Shown here piece after piece: positions 45,766 through 59,080 of a stretch of 64,000 bases of DNA; position 1 is the stretch's first letter; the number at the start of each line of letters is the position of its first letter. The position numbers were made by a program, and so were the translations under genes. The notes below the pieces were generated by a model. The model saw only the letters and a list, made by a program, of their open reading frames with translations. It was not told where the DNA came from and searched no databases. This stretch comes from the human T2T-CHM13v2.0 reference genome, Homo sapiens. Where the stretch lies: the NCBI RefSeq assembly GCF_009914755.1, contig NC_060931.1; one strand, 5' to 3'.

Positions 45766-48700
45766 CATTACCTGTTGTTCTTTGAAACAAACTGATCTTT
45801 CCTTTTTCTCTGTTACTTCAATTCTAACAGGCTTTGACAGTTATAGGAGAGAGTCTTCTCCAAGAAAGGTATGCAATTTCTAATTGATTATTAGTTTCAA
45901 TGCATCTCTGTGTCATCCCAACAGCCCCAAAGGATTCTTACTCAGAAGTTAAAATTAGATTTCCTACTCAGCTGTTCTTACAAAACAAGGACCCTTTTAG
46001 CTTTGCTCAGCCCTCGTGAAGATACCATCCCTGTCATTATTTGTACTGAATGAGTCTCTGTATAACAAATTAGTAGAGGTTCAGCACCGGGGACAGTTCC
46101 TTGCACACTGTAGCTGCTGTGTGCTGAGAATTTGAGATTAAAACTCTGAACTTCTAAAACTTGACCTCTGATCAAACTGCCAGGCTAGACCTTCCCCAAT
46201 GCAAAATCCAAATAAAGCACATCTGCCTCATTATGTGGTATTGTAGGTAGAAAACTATTGAAAAATCTAACATTCTCACCCTGCAGTTGACAGTTGCTCT
46301 TGCAATAAAGCAAATCAGAAAATATCTGTAAATATGAATTATCTGAACCAGATCTCTATAATCATTAAATGTGATAAATGTATGGCTCTTTTCATGTTGG
46401 AGCATCAGGGCTTATAGGGTCTTGGATGCCTTGGATGGAAGGACTTGGGAAGCAGGCAGAGAGGAGCACAAGTCTGAGGTATGTGGCAATGACAGCTGTT
46501 CTCATGTCCACTGAAAATCAGATACACATGGCCCATTCCTGCTCTACATCAATGCTGATAATTCTGCATGGATATGGAATTTAATTAGAGGTAATTTTGT
46601 ATTAGGAACATTACCAAGCAAGCCTTGAATAGAATGGTATTTAATTGCTGCAGCTACTACCCTAGGCTAAGCTTTCCCTACGTCACTGCCATATTCAGCT
46701 AAGATAGCACAACAGAAATCAAAATACAGCACTGCCCTGACATACATAATCCTCAGATACTGGCAAATAAAGTTGTAGAACTCGCCAAGCAACAGAAGTC
46801 AAATGCTCAGTGATTTTTTTTATCTGATGATGTACTAAGAATCTTTCTATATTTACAAAGTATCTCTTGGGTAGATATCAGTGATGACATAGATAATATT
46901 TAGTTTGAGTCTATGTTGTTGGAATACTAAATTTGGGTGACAAATCTTCCCTTGTTGTCCTATCAGGTAAAATTTTCAAGTAGATTTTGCATGTGCAGAA
47001 TGGCTGGATTATTTGCAACCAGTAGCATTCATATTACTGGGATTCCCTAGAGCTAAATTTAAGCTTTTTCTGTTAAAAATAAGTGTACCATTTTCATAGA
47101 ACTTTTCTATATAATTTTAACTAACGTTTGGTTCCTTTTTCAAAGAAATTAAGAACTGACCCCAATTCTCCTCTCATTGAGTGCCTTTGGACATTTAGGC
47201 TATAATTTTTGGAGGCCACATTGTAAATGGTAATGTGTTCTGATATTAGATATGAAACAGGCTTCTCAAACCCAAGAAATGAATGATTTGCCTCAGCACT
47301 GGTCCTATCAAACATTAACTTAAAATGCCTTGGAAAAATTATTTGCCTAAATGTCTGAAAATATTGCTAAAAAAATACCATGTTGCTTTCTGTTCAAATC
47401 AATTTTGTTTGGATATTATTCCTTTTGTATAACTACAATATGACTATTTAAGAAACCAAAAATATCTTATGTGTGTTACCAGCTGATGATTAAATAAGTC
47501 CTGTTGTTCTTTATAGTGTCAGTGTTCTCCCACATTTCTTCTGATGTATGAGACCTCTCTCACTCACTGTCCCTTGTATTCACAGAAGGATGCTGCTGAC
47601 ATCACGGGTGTTCATATTCTTTAGCATGGGGATAAAGATGGACGGGGGATCAGCAGCTCATTGCATCTATGCATACCTTCTGGAAAGTTGGCTACTAGAT
47701 TGGCCACTGTTCATGATTCTGTTACTTTACTCTCCAGAATTTGTGGTCCCACAGTTCAAAATTATTTACTTTGTTTCTGAGGGCTACAAGCCAGTGTTGA
47801 TCACCTTGCAGTATTTATAGAGTAGGTAGCAGCACCTTCTATCTTCCTCAAGAAGTCCACATTTCTCTTGATGCCCTTTTCACCCGGAAATGGAAGCTGG
47901 TTAGCAGGCCTTCTGTTATCTGTCATTTGTTTCCAACCCTGCAGAGCTAATGCTACACCAAGCCTGGCTTCAGTGCAGATAGAGTGTCTGTGTTCCAGCT
48001 CACTGCTCATGATGCAGACTTGCCAACTGATGCATACAAAGTGTTGAGAAAACTATTTAAGATTCTACTTACAGTAACTGGCCAGTGTGTGTGTCAGTCA
48101 TATTGGCCCTTAAACATGGCCCTGGGCTGTAACCTTTAGCTGACTCTTCAGCTTGACACAATGTTGCAGCCGCATTGGATGGGATTCACTTCTGACCACC
48201 ATACTACCCTTAAGTGTGAAATGCACCAACCATGTGCATTTTTTAATGTTATATATGCCTCAAGGGTATGGATAATTTCTTTGTGCACTTTTCTTCTGCA
48301 GCAGATGTCAGCACATCATTTGTCAAAAATCACTGACAAAGAGCTAAAAGTTCCAGCTGTCCCTAGTCATTCAGTTAGCTCCAATAAGCAAGAAGCCTCT
48401 GATAAGCATAGTACCAGGTCCCTCAAGAAAGAAATATAGGAGAAATAAAAGAGAAAGTCCTTGCTTTTGAGGAGTTTGTGACTTAATGGCAGGGAGGAGT
48501 CTCAACAGTCTTATTGAAGAGATTTCAAGTATTTAAAATGTATATTTTATATTGCATGTGTGCACTAAGATCATAGAAGTGCTGGGGGCACATACAGGAC
48601 AAATGAACAAATAGTGTGTGAGAAGGTCTAGAGAGATTTTTCAAAGAACTTGAATGGTGAGCTGGGTTTATAAGGAGTTAGGACTGGTTTACAGAAGGAA

Positions 48701-49038
48701 ATAAACATGGAATTAAGAGGTAATTGCATAGGAAAAAATGAATGGGTGGATGTGAGAATATAGGTCACCTTGTGCAGGGTAGCGTGCAGATTTGGCTGGA
48801 ATAAAAAGTACTGACAAGAAAAAAAATATGAAAAGTGGGATTTCTGAAATGGTGAAGCTGCATAGAGACCATTGACAGGAGGCCTGAAATACCAGGCACA
48901 GGAGTTGGATTTAATAACTTAGCACCATGTGATCCAAGGCAGGAGACAGCTCCATTGTTTTGTTTTGCATTTTTTAGGTGTTGAGATATTTACTTACCTG
49001 ATCTTTACAAGCTGGAACCAGTTCTCTCTCATGGCCCT

Positions 49039-49603
49039 TGTATATCAGTCAAGGTCCAATTATAGCAGAAAAACACACAGTAGCTTGACCAGGGAAGGTT
49101 GGATATAAATAATTATTATTTATAAGAGGACACTGGAGCAACAGATTAGCTAGTAAAAAAGAGTTCTAAAGAATATAAGAATATCAGAAATAAGAAACAA
49201 CCACTACCCTTAGGGCTCAGTTTGAGTGTCCAAGGAAGAGCTGTCCACACCCACCCACCATTCCCCGGGACTGAGATCCATACCTGATTGGAAAGGAAAG
49301 AGCTATGATTCACTGAGTGGCAGAGAAGTCATTGTGGTGCCATACTGGTAGAACTTGCTAGAAATCTGCCTTTCAGAACTTGCTGAAATTCTGCCCTTGT
49401 GTAACAAGAAAAGCTGTTCACAAGAAGGTGTCTGATCTTCTGCCATGTTTCTGCAACACGTTTTACTGACAAAGCTTGACATCATCCTAGCTAACAACAA
49501 CAACAACAACAAAAAAGCATTTAAAATGCCCAGCTCAATTTCTGCAGAGCAGGCAATGAAGTATAAGTTTGCAGCTGAGGTAATAAATTGATAACTGGAA
49601 TAT
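49039..49603 (-). mobile_element. Ancient solo LTR (LTR78/LTR79-like, family uncertain)
   Basis: Begins TGTATATCAGTCAAGGTCCAA, which reads on minus as a typical LTR U5 end (GGACCTTGACTGATATACA); ~560 bp. Confidence 0.5.
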
Positions 49604-51009
49604 CTTGCCCTCTCATTTCCTAAAAGTTTACCAATGTCCTCTTTCATTTTCAAGTGTAAAACCATATTCACTATGCTTTTTAAACTACTCAGCTATGTCC
49701 CCCCAACCCAACTCTACCCCCTCCAGAAATCCCGATTGGCCCTTGAAAGGAGCATGACCCGTGGCTGAGAATCAGTGGTCAAAACTGATGTGATTATATT
49801 CAGTGAGACTAGTGATTATCCCTACAAGTAAAGGATGGAGGAAGAATGGGTTTATCAGTTTTTGTGAAAAAGACTGGGTTGGAGGAGGAGGGTGATTGTT
49901 AGTTTGCTATAAGTAAACTATGAGCCCACAATTTCATGTGATTTCTAAAAGATAAAATAGTCTCCACTGGTGGGGTTCAGAACAAGGAATATGTTGGCCT
50001 AGTTTTTATATGCAGAGCTTTTGCTATTCCTTCAATATTGCATTCACTTCTAGGCACTTTCTTTTAACAAAAGATAGTCATGAACTACAGCACTTCTGAA
50101 ACAGGATGATGAAGAGGCTAAGAATAGTGAAAATACCTGGTGATATTAGCCTAAGAAAAAGGGGGCATAGACAAGACCTAGCTACAACCTTTGTAAGTGT
50201 TTTGTAGTGGAAGATGATTTTAACTTATTAGCATCCTTGAGGGCAGGGAAGAAACCTTCAGGAATAAGTTATGGGAAGGAAAACTGAGGATTAAATAAGA
50301 AGGAGGTTCTCCACATTAACAGTGCTGGGAAAAATCAGGGACTGCTTTAGGAGGCAGTGAGTGACCTGTCTTTGGATAGGGATGGGACAGATTTCTTTGG
50401 GCTTCCTTCTTTCTCCAGTTCTTTATGAGATTCTGTGAGCAGGCTAAGGTATCCCTGCTTATCCCAATATTACTGCAAAGAGACCAGGCTCAACCTTCAT
50501 ATTTAGCCTATCCTTTAAATCATTTGTGTTGGGTGAGGTCATACTTCTTTTAGGAAGAATACAATTAAGAGACCTCTAGAATCGCTTTGTATATTTACGT
50601 AGCAACAAGACTTGCAGTCATCCCTGCCTCCCAGAGACCCAAATAATTAAATTCCAACACATAATTAAGTTGCATAGGACCATTACTAATAACACTATTT
50701 TAATATGACCTTCAGGATGTAGACGTTGTTATTTTAATAAAAGGAAAGAATTTGATGGTTCATTTTAAATTATTATGTGAATTCTTAGCCTAAAGACTAT
50801 TACACATTCTATAATGTGAAGAAATTTCTAATAGATAACCATTATGAAATAACCTGATTACATTTTAAAAGGTGAGCAGTGACTATTTTATAAATGTTTC
50901 CTGAGAAACTTGATTCAGTTCTTCTAGTTTTCCATATAGCTAACCCTTTTAAATTGAGTCAGAATTACATATAGTTCAGGGCAACATGTTAGATGTTAAA
51001 TGACAAGAG

Positions 51010-51296
51010 TTTCTTTATTTGCTTTGAGACAGGTTCTTGCTCCTGTCACTCAGGCTGGAGTGCAGTGGCAAGATTTGCAGCTTCAACTTCCCAAGCTCAG
51101 GTGATCCTCCCACCTCAGCCTCCAGAGTAGCTGGGACTACAGGTGCGCAGCACCACACCCAAAAATACAGTAATTTTTTGCATTTTCAGTAGAGATGAGG
51201 TTTTGCTATATTGCCCAGGCTGGTCTCAAACTCCTGGGTTCAAGCAATCTGCCCACCTTGGTCTCCCAAAGTGCTAGATTACAGGCATGAGTCATG
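51010..51296 (-). mobile_element. AluJ
   Basis: Diverged dimeric Alu with small indels. Confidence 0.9.
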
Positions 51297-52529
51297 ATAG
51301 GGGGTTAGATATGGAAACTATGAATACTATACAAGTAATTGGATAGTCTCAATAATCATGTGAGCATCTCAGAATACGTGGTTTTTTTAAGAAAAAAATT
51401 TAAGTACAAAGGGTGATGGTGATGAGAATGATGACAGTTGATGATGAGGAAGTCTAGACACAACTTCTAGTTCTATAAGAGGCTTCTGAAATCTTTCCAA
51501 CCCTGGCTAAGGCTTCTATTTTCGTCATCTGCAAGTTATTCAGTTTCTCAATGTCAGATAGCCTTTGGAAAACATCAGTCAGTCCTGAGTGCCAGTTGAA
51601 TATTTGAAAGCTTAATTTAGTGATTTGTCTTCCATTCTGAGTTCTTAGATTATATTCAACAAATACAAATTTCTAGGGAAAGAATATTAATTCCTATCCA
51701 CAACAGGCATTTTGTCTGACTATTTCTACTCAAGTGGCTGAAAAAAGTCACTGGAAACTGCACAAAACCATAATTCAGGATTAAACAAGTCTACCTGGGG
51801 CCTTCCCATAGGATGATGACTCTAAGGATTCCGCAGTTTCTCATCCCCATCAGTTTAGCTGAATGTTACAGCCATAATGAGCCAGGAATAATTTTGTTTC
51901 TTTGAGGAAAGAAATCACCTCGGCTTGCCATTCTTGTACAGCTTCCTTCCTAAAATGATATCAGATGTACTGTCCACTTGTTCATTACAATATGGCAGTG
52001 AAGGATCATTTTGTATGGTACATAACAACATGTACCATTTGTTGCTATGTCACGTAATTACATTAGTGGGGGCTATTTAATTTATCTTTTTAATCTGTCC
52101 TAGATGTAAAAGTTCTCACTTTGGAAGAATTTGCCATCTGTACATTTTCATCTTTATTAAAGTAACTACTAACGTTGCCAACACTAAGTTATAATATTTC
52201 AATATGAGGTATTCATTTTCCCCCTACCCATCCTCCACCCTATTTCCTTGCTACCCATTTTGTGGGTCCAGCCCACTTGTGACAGCCAGCAGCTGGTGTT
52301 GGATACAAAGACTTCTTTGGTAGCGTCAACCACCTCTATCTAGTCACCTACGTATTTCAGTGATTTAAATAAAACGGTGGTTAAGTATGATTATTATCCA
52401 CTATTATTCTAAACTTTTATGGTATCTAACAAATATCTTTATTTCTCACTGATGTCTTCTTCATTTTCTATAGTAGACATATAAATACCAATAGCTAACA
52501 AACATTTATTCATAAAATATGAGGTCCCT

Positions 52530-52870
52530 ATGTCATTTAACTAGCTCAGGCTGCCATAGCAAATACCATATGGCAGGTGGCTTAAACAACAGAAATTTAT
52601 TTTCTCTCAGTTCTGGAGGCTGGAAGTCTGACAGCAGAGTGCCAACATGGTTGGTTTTGTTCCTGGTGAGGGTTCCCTTCCTGGCTTGTAGACATCCCCT
52701 TCTCATTGTGTCCTCACATGGTGGAAATAGAGTACAAGTGTCTTTTCCTTTTCTTATTTGTATTAGGACCCCACCCATATGACCTCATTTAACCTTTATC
52801 ACCTCCTCACAGGCCCTATCTCCAAATACAGTCACATTAGGGGTTGAGGCTTCAACATATACATTTTGGG
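52530..52870 (-). mobile_element. MLT1A/B-like MaLR LTR
   Basis: GGCTTAAACAACAGAAATTTATTTTCTCTCAGTTCTGGAGGCTGGAAGTC...CTCCAAATACAGTCACATT. Confidence 0.85.
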
Positions 52871-52949
52871 CTCAAAGACACCAGGCACCAAAGAGGAAAG
52901 AGTGTTAGACTTAAAATGGGGGGATTAAGTCAGTATCTGCCGAGTGAAT

Positions 52950-54720
52950 AGTGAAACTCTCCCAGTCTTCTTCCATCCCCCAGCCCTAGTATGCTGGCAT
53001 CCAGAATCATATCTCCTAAGCTGAAGACTGTGGGATCCTTCTTTGAAGAAATTGAGCCACAACAAAGAACTACAGGTCCTTAAATTTAGATATCTCCCCA
53101 GAAGGCCAGCTGGCTATCCTGTTGCTGTGGCTGTGAAGCCCTTTAGTATACCAGCCTTGCCTGTACCCAGAGAACTTCAATCATTGGTGTCTCACTCTTA
53201 AATATAAATGGACAGAAAGGGATCATATGACATTTGAATAAAGTCTCCAACATGAAATGTAGAAACTAAAACCAAACAGGAAAACAGAGCTCAGGGGAAA
53301 CAGAATTAGACACAGAACAGAATCAAATGTCAAAGAAACTGTAGTTAAAATGCTCAGAAAAGTAAAAGAAATATGAAACAAGAATAAAATGTTATGTATA
53401 TTTTTTAAAGAACAATTAAAGAATATGTAAAAACAACTTGGACATTTAAAATTGTGCAGCCAAATTTCTTTTCAATAGAAGGATCTCCTGGAATATAGAA
53501 CAAAAAGATTATAGACAATATGGGGGGGAAAGGTAAGAAAATAGAGTGTCAATCCAGAATTCCCAACATCCAACTAATAGGAATTATAGAAAAAAAGAAC
53601 TTAAAAGACAGAAAGAAATGTTTAAATAAATGAAAGATAACTTTCTATTACTGGATGACATTAATTTCCAGTTTGAAAAGGCTTCCAAGTACTCAACACA
53701 ATGAATGAAGAAAGGTCTACTCAAACATCATAATGAAATTGCAGAACATCAGGGAAAATGAGAGGACTGGAAAAGCTTCTGGAGAGAACAGATGGGCAAA
53801 ATGTAAAGAAAAAATTTTTTTAAAAGTATTAAACTTGTCAACAGAAACATTAAAATCTGGAAGACAATAGAACAATACCTTCACAGTACTGAGAGAAAAT
53901 GAACTTTAACCCTGAATTCTATATCCAGCCAGATTATCATGCAAATATGAAAGTAGAAAAAAACATTTTCAGACATGCATGCAGTCAAAAAATTTATCTC
54001 TCTGTGCCATTTCTCAAGAAGTTACTGAAGAATGTGTCCTACAGAACCAAAAGGAGTAAACCAAGAGAAAGGAAGGCAAGTGAGGACCAAACATGGGAAA
54101 GAGGCGAAGAGATCTTCCAGTATGAGAATGAAGGGAAGTTCCAGCAGGAAAGCTCTGCCCAGGCCAGAGCTCAGTCCATCAAAGATGCAATAGAAAGCTA
54201 GAAGACTCTAAGAGGAATGTATCCAGGAGGGAAATGGGTCAATAAATTAAATGACAGATTTGACCTTGTAGAAATTGTACTGAGAGGCTGTTTATAGAGC
54301 TGTTAGAGGTTGTAGGAAAGACTTAATCAGGTGCCCTCCCTTTAAAGAAAACCTCTGAGTAAATAAAAAAGACAACTCTAGAAACAATAAAATGTAATTC
54401 AAGACAGGAAACAGAATCATATCAACTTTCTAGTGAACAATTTTTGCATAGTCTTTGTAATGAAAACACTGAATATGTATGGACTTAACCAAAAGTTGAA
54501 GCATAATTATATTGGGAGGAGAGGAAGAATATTCACCTACCATAAAGGAAATTAAGAGCTTTTTTCAATAGTTAGTGTCTAAAGCAGATGCATTTAGAGG
54601 TAGAAGTATACGTATATTATATAGAAATATGGAAGTTAATGCCAGAAGGAACAGCTCAAAGAGTTGAATGGTGCTACTAACATCCAAGGAATGGGAGAAC
54701 AATGAAACACGATACCAAAA
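52950..54720 (+). mobile_element. HAL1-like (half-L1, ORF1-only) element
   Basis: A-rich, ORF1-like remnant at ~53500-54060 followed by non-ORF2 3' sequence. Confidence 0.65.
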
Positions 54721-54727
54721 AGTACTA

Positions 54728-57700
54728 ATTTTTTTAACTTTTATTTTAGGTTAAGGGGTACATGTGCAGGTTTGTTATTATAGACAAACTTGTTTCACAG
54801 GGGTTTGGTGTACAGACCATTTCATCATCCAGGTACTAAGCATAGTATCCAATAGTTATTTTTCCTGATACTCTCCTTCCTCCCACCCTTCTCCCTCAAG
54901 TAGGCCCCAGTGTCTGCTGTTCCCCTCTTTGTGCCCATTTGTTCTCATTATTTAGCTTCCACTTACAGGTAAGAACATGTGGTGTTTGGTTTTCTGTTCC
55001 TGCATTAGTTTGCTAAGTATAATGGCCTCCAGCTCCCTCTTCATCCATGTTCCTGCAAACATGTTCCTGATCTCATTCTTTTTATGGCTGCATAGTATTC
55101 CATGGTGTATATGTAAAACATTTTCTTTAGTCTACCACTGATGGATGTTTAGGTTGATTCCATGTCTTTGCTATTGGGAATAGTGCTGCAATGAACATAC
55201 ACATGTGTGTGTCTTTATGGTAGAACAATTTACATTCCTTTGGGTATATACCCTGTAATTGGATTGCTGGGTTGAATGGTAGTTCTGTTTTTAGCTCTTT
55301 GAAGAATTGCCACACTGCTTTCCACAATAGTTGAACTAATTTACATTCCCACCAGCAGTGTATAAAGATTCCCTTTTCTTCACAACCTCGCTAGCATCTG
55401 CTTTTTTTGACTTTTTAATATTAACCATTCTGACTGGTGTGAGATGGTATCATTTTGGTTTTAGTTGGCATTTCTCTAATGATTAGTGATATTTAGCATC
55501 TTTTTCATATGCTTGTTGACTGCACATATGTCTTCTTTTGAAAAGTGTTCATATCCTTTGCCCACTTTTTAATGGGGTTGTTTGGTTTTTGCTTGTAAAT
55601 TTGTTTAAGTTCCTCATAGATTCTGGATATTACACCTTTGTCTGATGCATAGTTTGCAAAGATTTTCTACCATTCTAACAGTTGTCTCTTTACTCTTTTG
55701 ACAGTTTCTTTTGCCATGCAGAAGCTCTTTAGTTTAATTAGATCCTATTTGTTAATTCTTGCTTTTGTTGCAATTGCTTTTGGCGTCTTCATCATGAAAT
55801 CTTTGCCAGTTCCTATGTCCAGAATGATACTTCCTAGGTTATCTTCTAGGATTTTTATAGTTTTAGATTTTGGATTTAAGTCTTTAATCCATCTTGTGTT
55901 GATTTTTGCTTATGGAGTACGGAAAGAGTTCAGTTTCAATCCTCTGCATATGACTAGCCAGTTATCCCAGCACCACTTATTGAATAGGGAGTCCTTTCCC
56001 CATTTCTTGTTTTTGTCAGCTTTGTTGAAGATTGGATGGTTGTAGATGTCCAGCCTTATGTCGGGGCTCTCTATTCTGTTTCATTGGTCTATGTGTCTGT
56101 TTTTGTACCAGTATCATGCTGTTTTGGTTATTGTAGCCCTTTAGTATAGTTTGAAGTCAGGTAATGTGATGCCTCCAGCTTTTTTTTTTTTTTTTTTTAG
56201 CTTTTTTTTTCTTGGTCTTGGCTATTCTGGCTCCTTTGGATTCCATATGAATTTTAAAATAGTTTTCTAGTCCCGTGAAGAATGTCATTGGTAGTTTGAT
56301 AGGAATAGCATTGAATCCGTACATTATTCTGGGCAGTATGGCCATTTTAATGATATTGATTCTTCCTATTCATGAGCATGGTATGTTTTTCCATCTGTTT
56401 GTGTCATCTATGATTTCTTTGAGTAGCGTTTTGTAATTCTCACTTTAGAGATGTTTCACCCCCTGGTTAGCTGTATTCCTAGGAATTTTATATTTTTTGT
56501 GGCAAGTGTGAATGAAATTACGTTCTTTGATTTGGCTCTCAGCTTGGCTGTTGGTGTATAAGAATGCTACTGATTTTTGTACATTGATTTTATATTCTGA
56601 AATTTTGCTGAAGTTGTTTATCAGCTGAAGGAGCTTTTGGGCAGAGACTATAGGGTTTTCTAGATATGGAATCATGCCTTGTGCAAACAGGGATAGTTTG
56701 ATTTCCCCTCTTCCTATTTGAATGCCTTTTTTTTTTCTTCCTCTTGCCTGATTGCTCTGGCCAGGACTTCCAATACTATGTTGGATAGGAGTGGTGAGAC
56801 AGGGCATCCTTGTCTTGTGCCAGTTTTCAAGAGAAATGCTTCCAGCTTTTCCCCATTCAGTATGATATTGACTGTGTGTTTGTCATAGATGGATCTTATT
56901 ATTTTGATATATGTTCCTTCAGTACCTAGTTTATTGAGCATTTTTAACATGAAGGAATGTTGAATTTTATCAAAAGCCTTTTTTGCATCCATTGAGATAA
57001 TTATGTGATTTTTGTCTTTAGTTTGGTTTATACGATGTATCAATATTTATTGATTTACATATGTTGAACCAACCTTGCATCCCTGGGATGAAGCCTACTT
57101 GATCATGGTGGGGTAGCTTTTTTTTTTTTTTCTTGAGACAGAGTCTCACTCTGTCACCCAGGCTGGAGTGCAGTGGCACAATCTCAGCTGACTGCAGTCT
57201 TGACCTCGAAGGCTCAAGCGATCCTCCCACCTCTCAGCCTCACAAGTAGCTGGGACTACTACTGACACGCCTCATCACACCCAGCATTTTTTTTTTTTGG
57301 TAGAAACAGGGTTTCATTATGTTGCCCAGGGTGGTCTCAAACTCCTGAGCTCAAGTGATCCTCCCCACTCGGCCTCCCAAAGTGCTGGGATTACAGGCCC
57401 ACCATGCCTAGCCAGATTAGCTTTTTGATATGCTGCTGGATTTGGTTTGCAGGAATTTTTTTGAGAATTTTTACATCAATATTTCAGTATGAATGGTACC
57501 AACTCTTCTTAGTACATCTGGTAGAATTCAGAATTTGGCTGTGAATCCACCTGGTCCTGGGCTTTTTTTGGATTGGTAGCCTATTTATTACTCATTCAAT
57601 TTCAGAGTTCATTATTGGTCTGTTCAGGAATTCAGTTTCTTCCTGGTTCAGTCTTGGGAGGGTGTATGTGTCCAGGGATTTATCCATTTTTTTCCAGATT

Positions 57701-57862
57701 TTCTAATTTGTGTGCCTAGAAGTGTTCACAGGAGTCTCTGATTGTTATTTGTATTTCTGTGGAGTCAGTGGTAATGTCCCCTTTGTCATTTCTAATTGTG
57801 TTTATTATTTAGATCTTCCCTCTTTTCTTCTTTATTAGTTTAGCTAGTGGTGTATACATCTT
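54728..57862 (-). mobile_element. 5'-truncated older L1PA (approximately PA13-PA16) with nested Alu
   Basis: Longer older-type 3'UTR; RT fragments ([20 protein letters not shown]). Confidence 0.92.
57118..57413 (-). mobile_element. AluJ-like element nested in L1
   Basis: Dimeric Alu flanked by TAGCTTTTT on both sides. Confidence 0.92.
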
Positions 57863-58458
57863 TAAAAAATGCCATTTTTTAATTATAAGACTGTTAGCAC
57901 TATTTGACTTTTTCAACTATTTTTATGTGTAATATTTTGATTGAAGTACAATTTAATTTTCTTTTAATGTAAAATAAGTAGATAAAATCCTTATTTCATA
58001 TAAAGAAAAGTATTTTGGGAATGGGAAGGAATATTTTAAAAGCAATGCAATGCAGACTATGGTTTGGCTCTTGAAAGGAAACCAACAACCACATATATTC
58101 ATGATTAATATTTACTTATCTGTATGCCAGATTCATGTGGGTTGATAATTTGAATTAACATATATAAAGTCATTGACATCAAATAATTCCTCTAAACTGT
58201 ATATTTGGAAACATACTTGAATTTCCCATATGTCAGAACTCCTTAATTATTCTATGATCTTTTTGCAGTTTTAAGGTGTTGGGAAAATAAAGTCTTAGAT
58301 TATAAGCAGAATGATGGCAAAATGGGGCTCATTCAGCATATACAGTGCCAGCATCTGTCATGTCATCTCCCTTTTCTCCTCTCCAGCATAGTTGAAAACT
58401 CTGCCATTCATAAATGACATTGGGTTTCCTATAGAACCAGAGTTCTTAAGAAATGTAC

Positions 58459-59080
58459 TTCTTTAAAATTTTATTTTACTTTAAGTTCTGGGATACATGT
58501 GCAGAATATGCAGGTTTGTTACATAGTTATACATGTGCCAAGGTGGTTTGCTGCGCCCGTCAACCCATCATCTAGGTTTTAAGCTCTGCATGCATTAGGT
58601 ATTTGTCCTAATGCTCTCCCTCCCCTTTCTCCCAACCCTCCAACAGGCCCTGGTGTGTGATTCCCCTCCCTGTGTCCACGTGTTTTCATTGTTCAGCTCC
58701 CACTTATGAGTGAGAACATGTGGTGTTTGGTTTTCTGTTCCTGTGCTAGTTTGCTGAGGATGATAGTTTCCAGCTTCATCCATGTACCTGCAAAGAACAT
58801 GAGCTCATTCCTTTTTATGGCTACATAGTATTCCATGGTGTATATGTGTCACATTTGCTTTATCCGGTCTATCATTGATGGGCATTTGGTTTGGTTCCAA
58901 GTCTTTGCTATTATAAATAGTGCTGCAATAAACACATGTGTGCATGTGTCTTTATAGTAGAATGATTTATAGTCCTCTGGGTATATACCCAATCCTTGCC
59001 AGCATCTGTTGTTTCCAGACTTTTTAATGATCGCCGTTCTAACTGATGCGAGATGGTATCTCATTGTGGTTTTGATTTGC
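58459..59080 (-). mobile_element. Short L1PA (approximately PA8-PA10) 3' end with internal ~129-bp deletion
   Basis: TSD AAGAAATGT(A/G)C at 58448 and 59081; ORF reads NNRCWQG|LGIYP. Confidence 0.92.

Noticed and set aside
49303-49671. 122-aa minus-strand ORF
   Set aside because: Overlaps an old LTR; the Leu run comes from a (CAA)n repeat; no recognisable domain.
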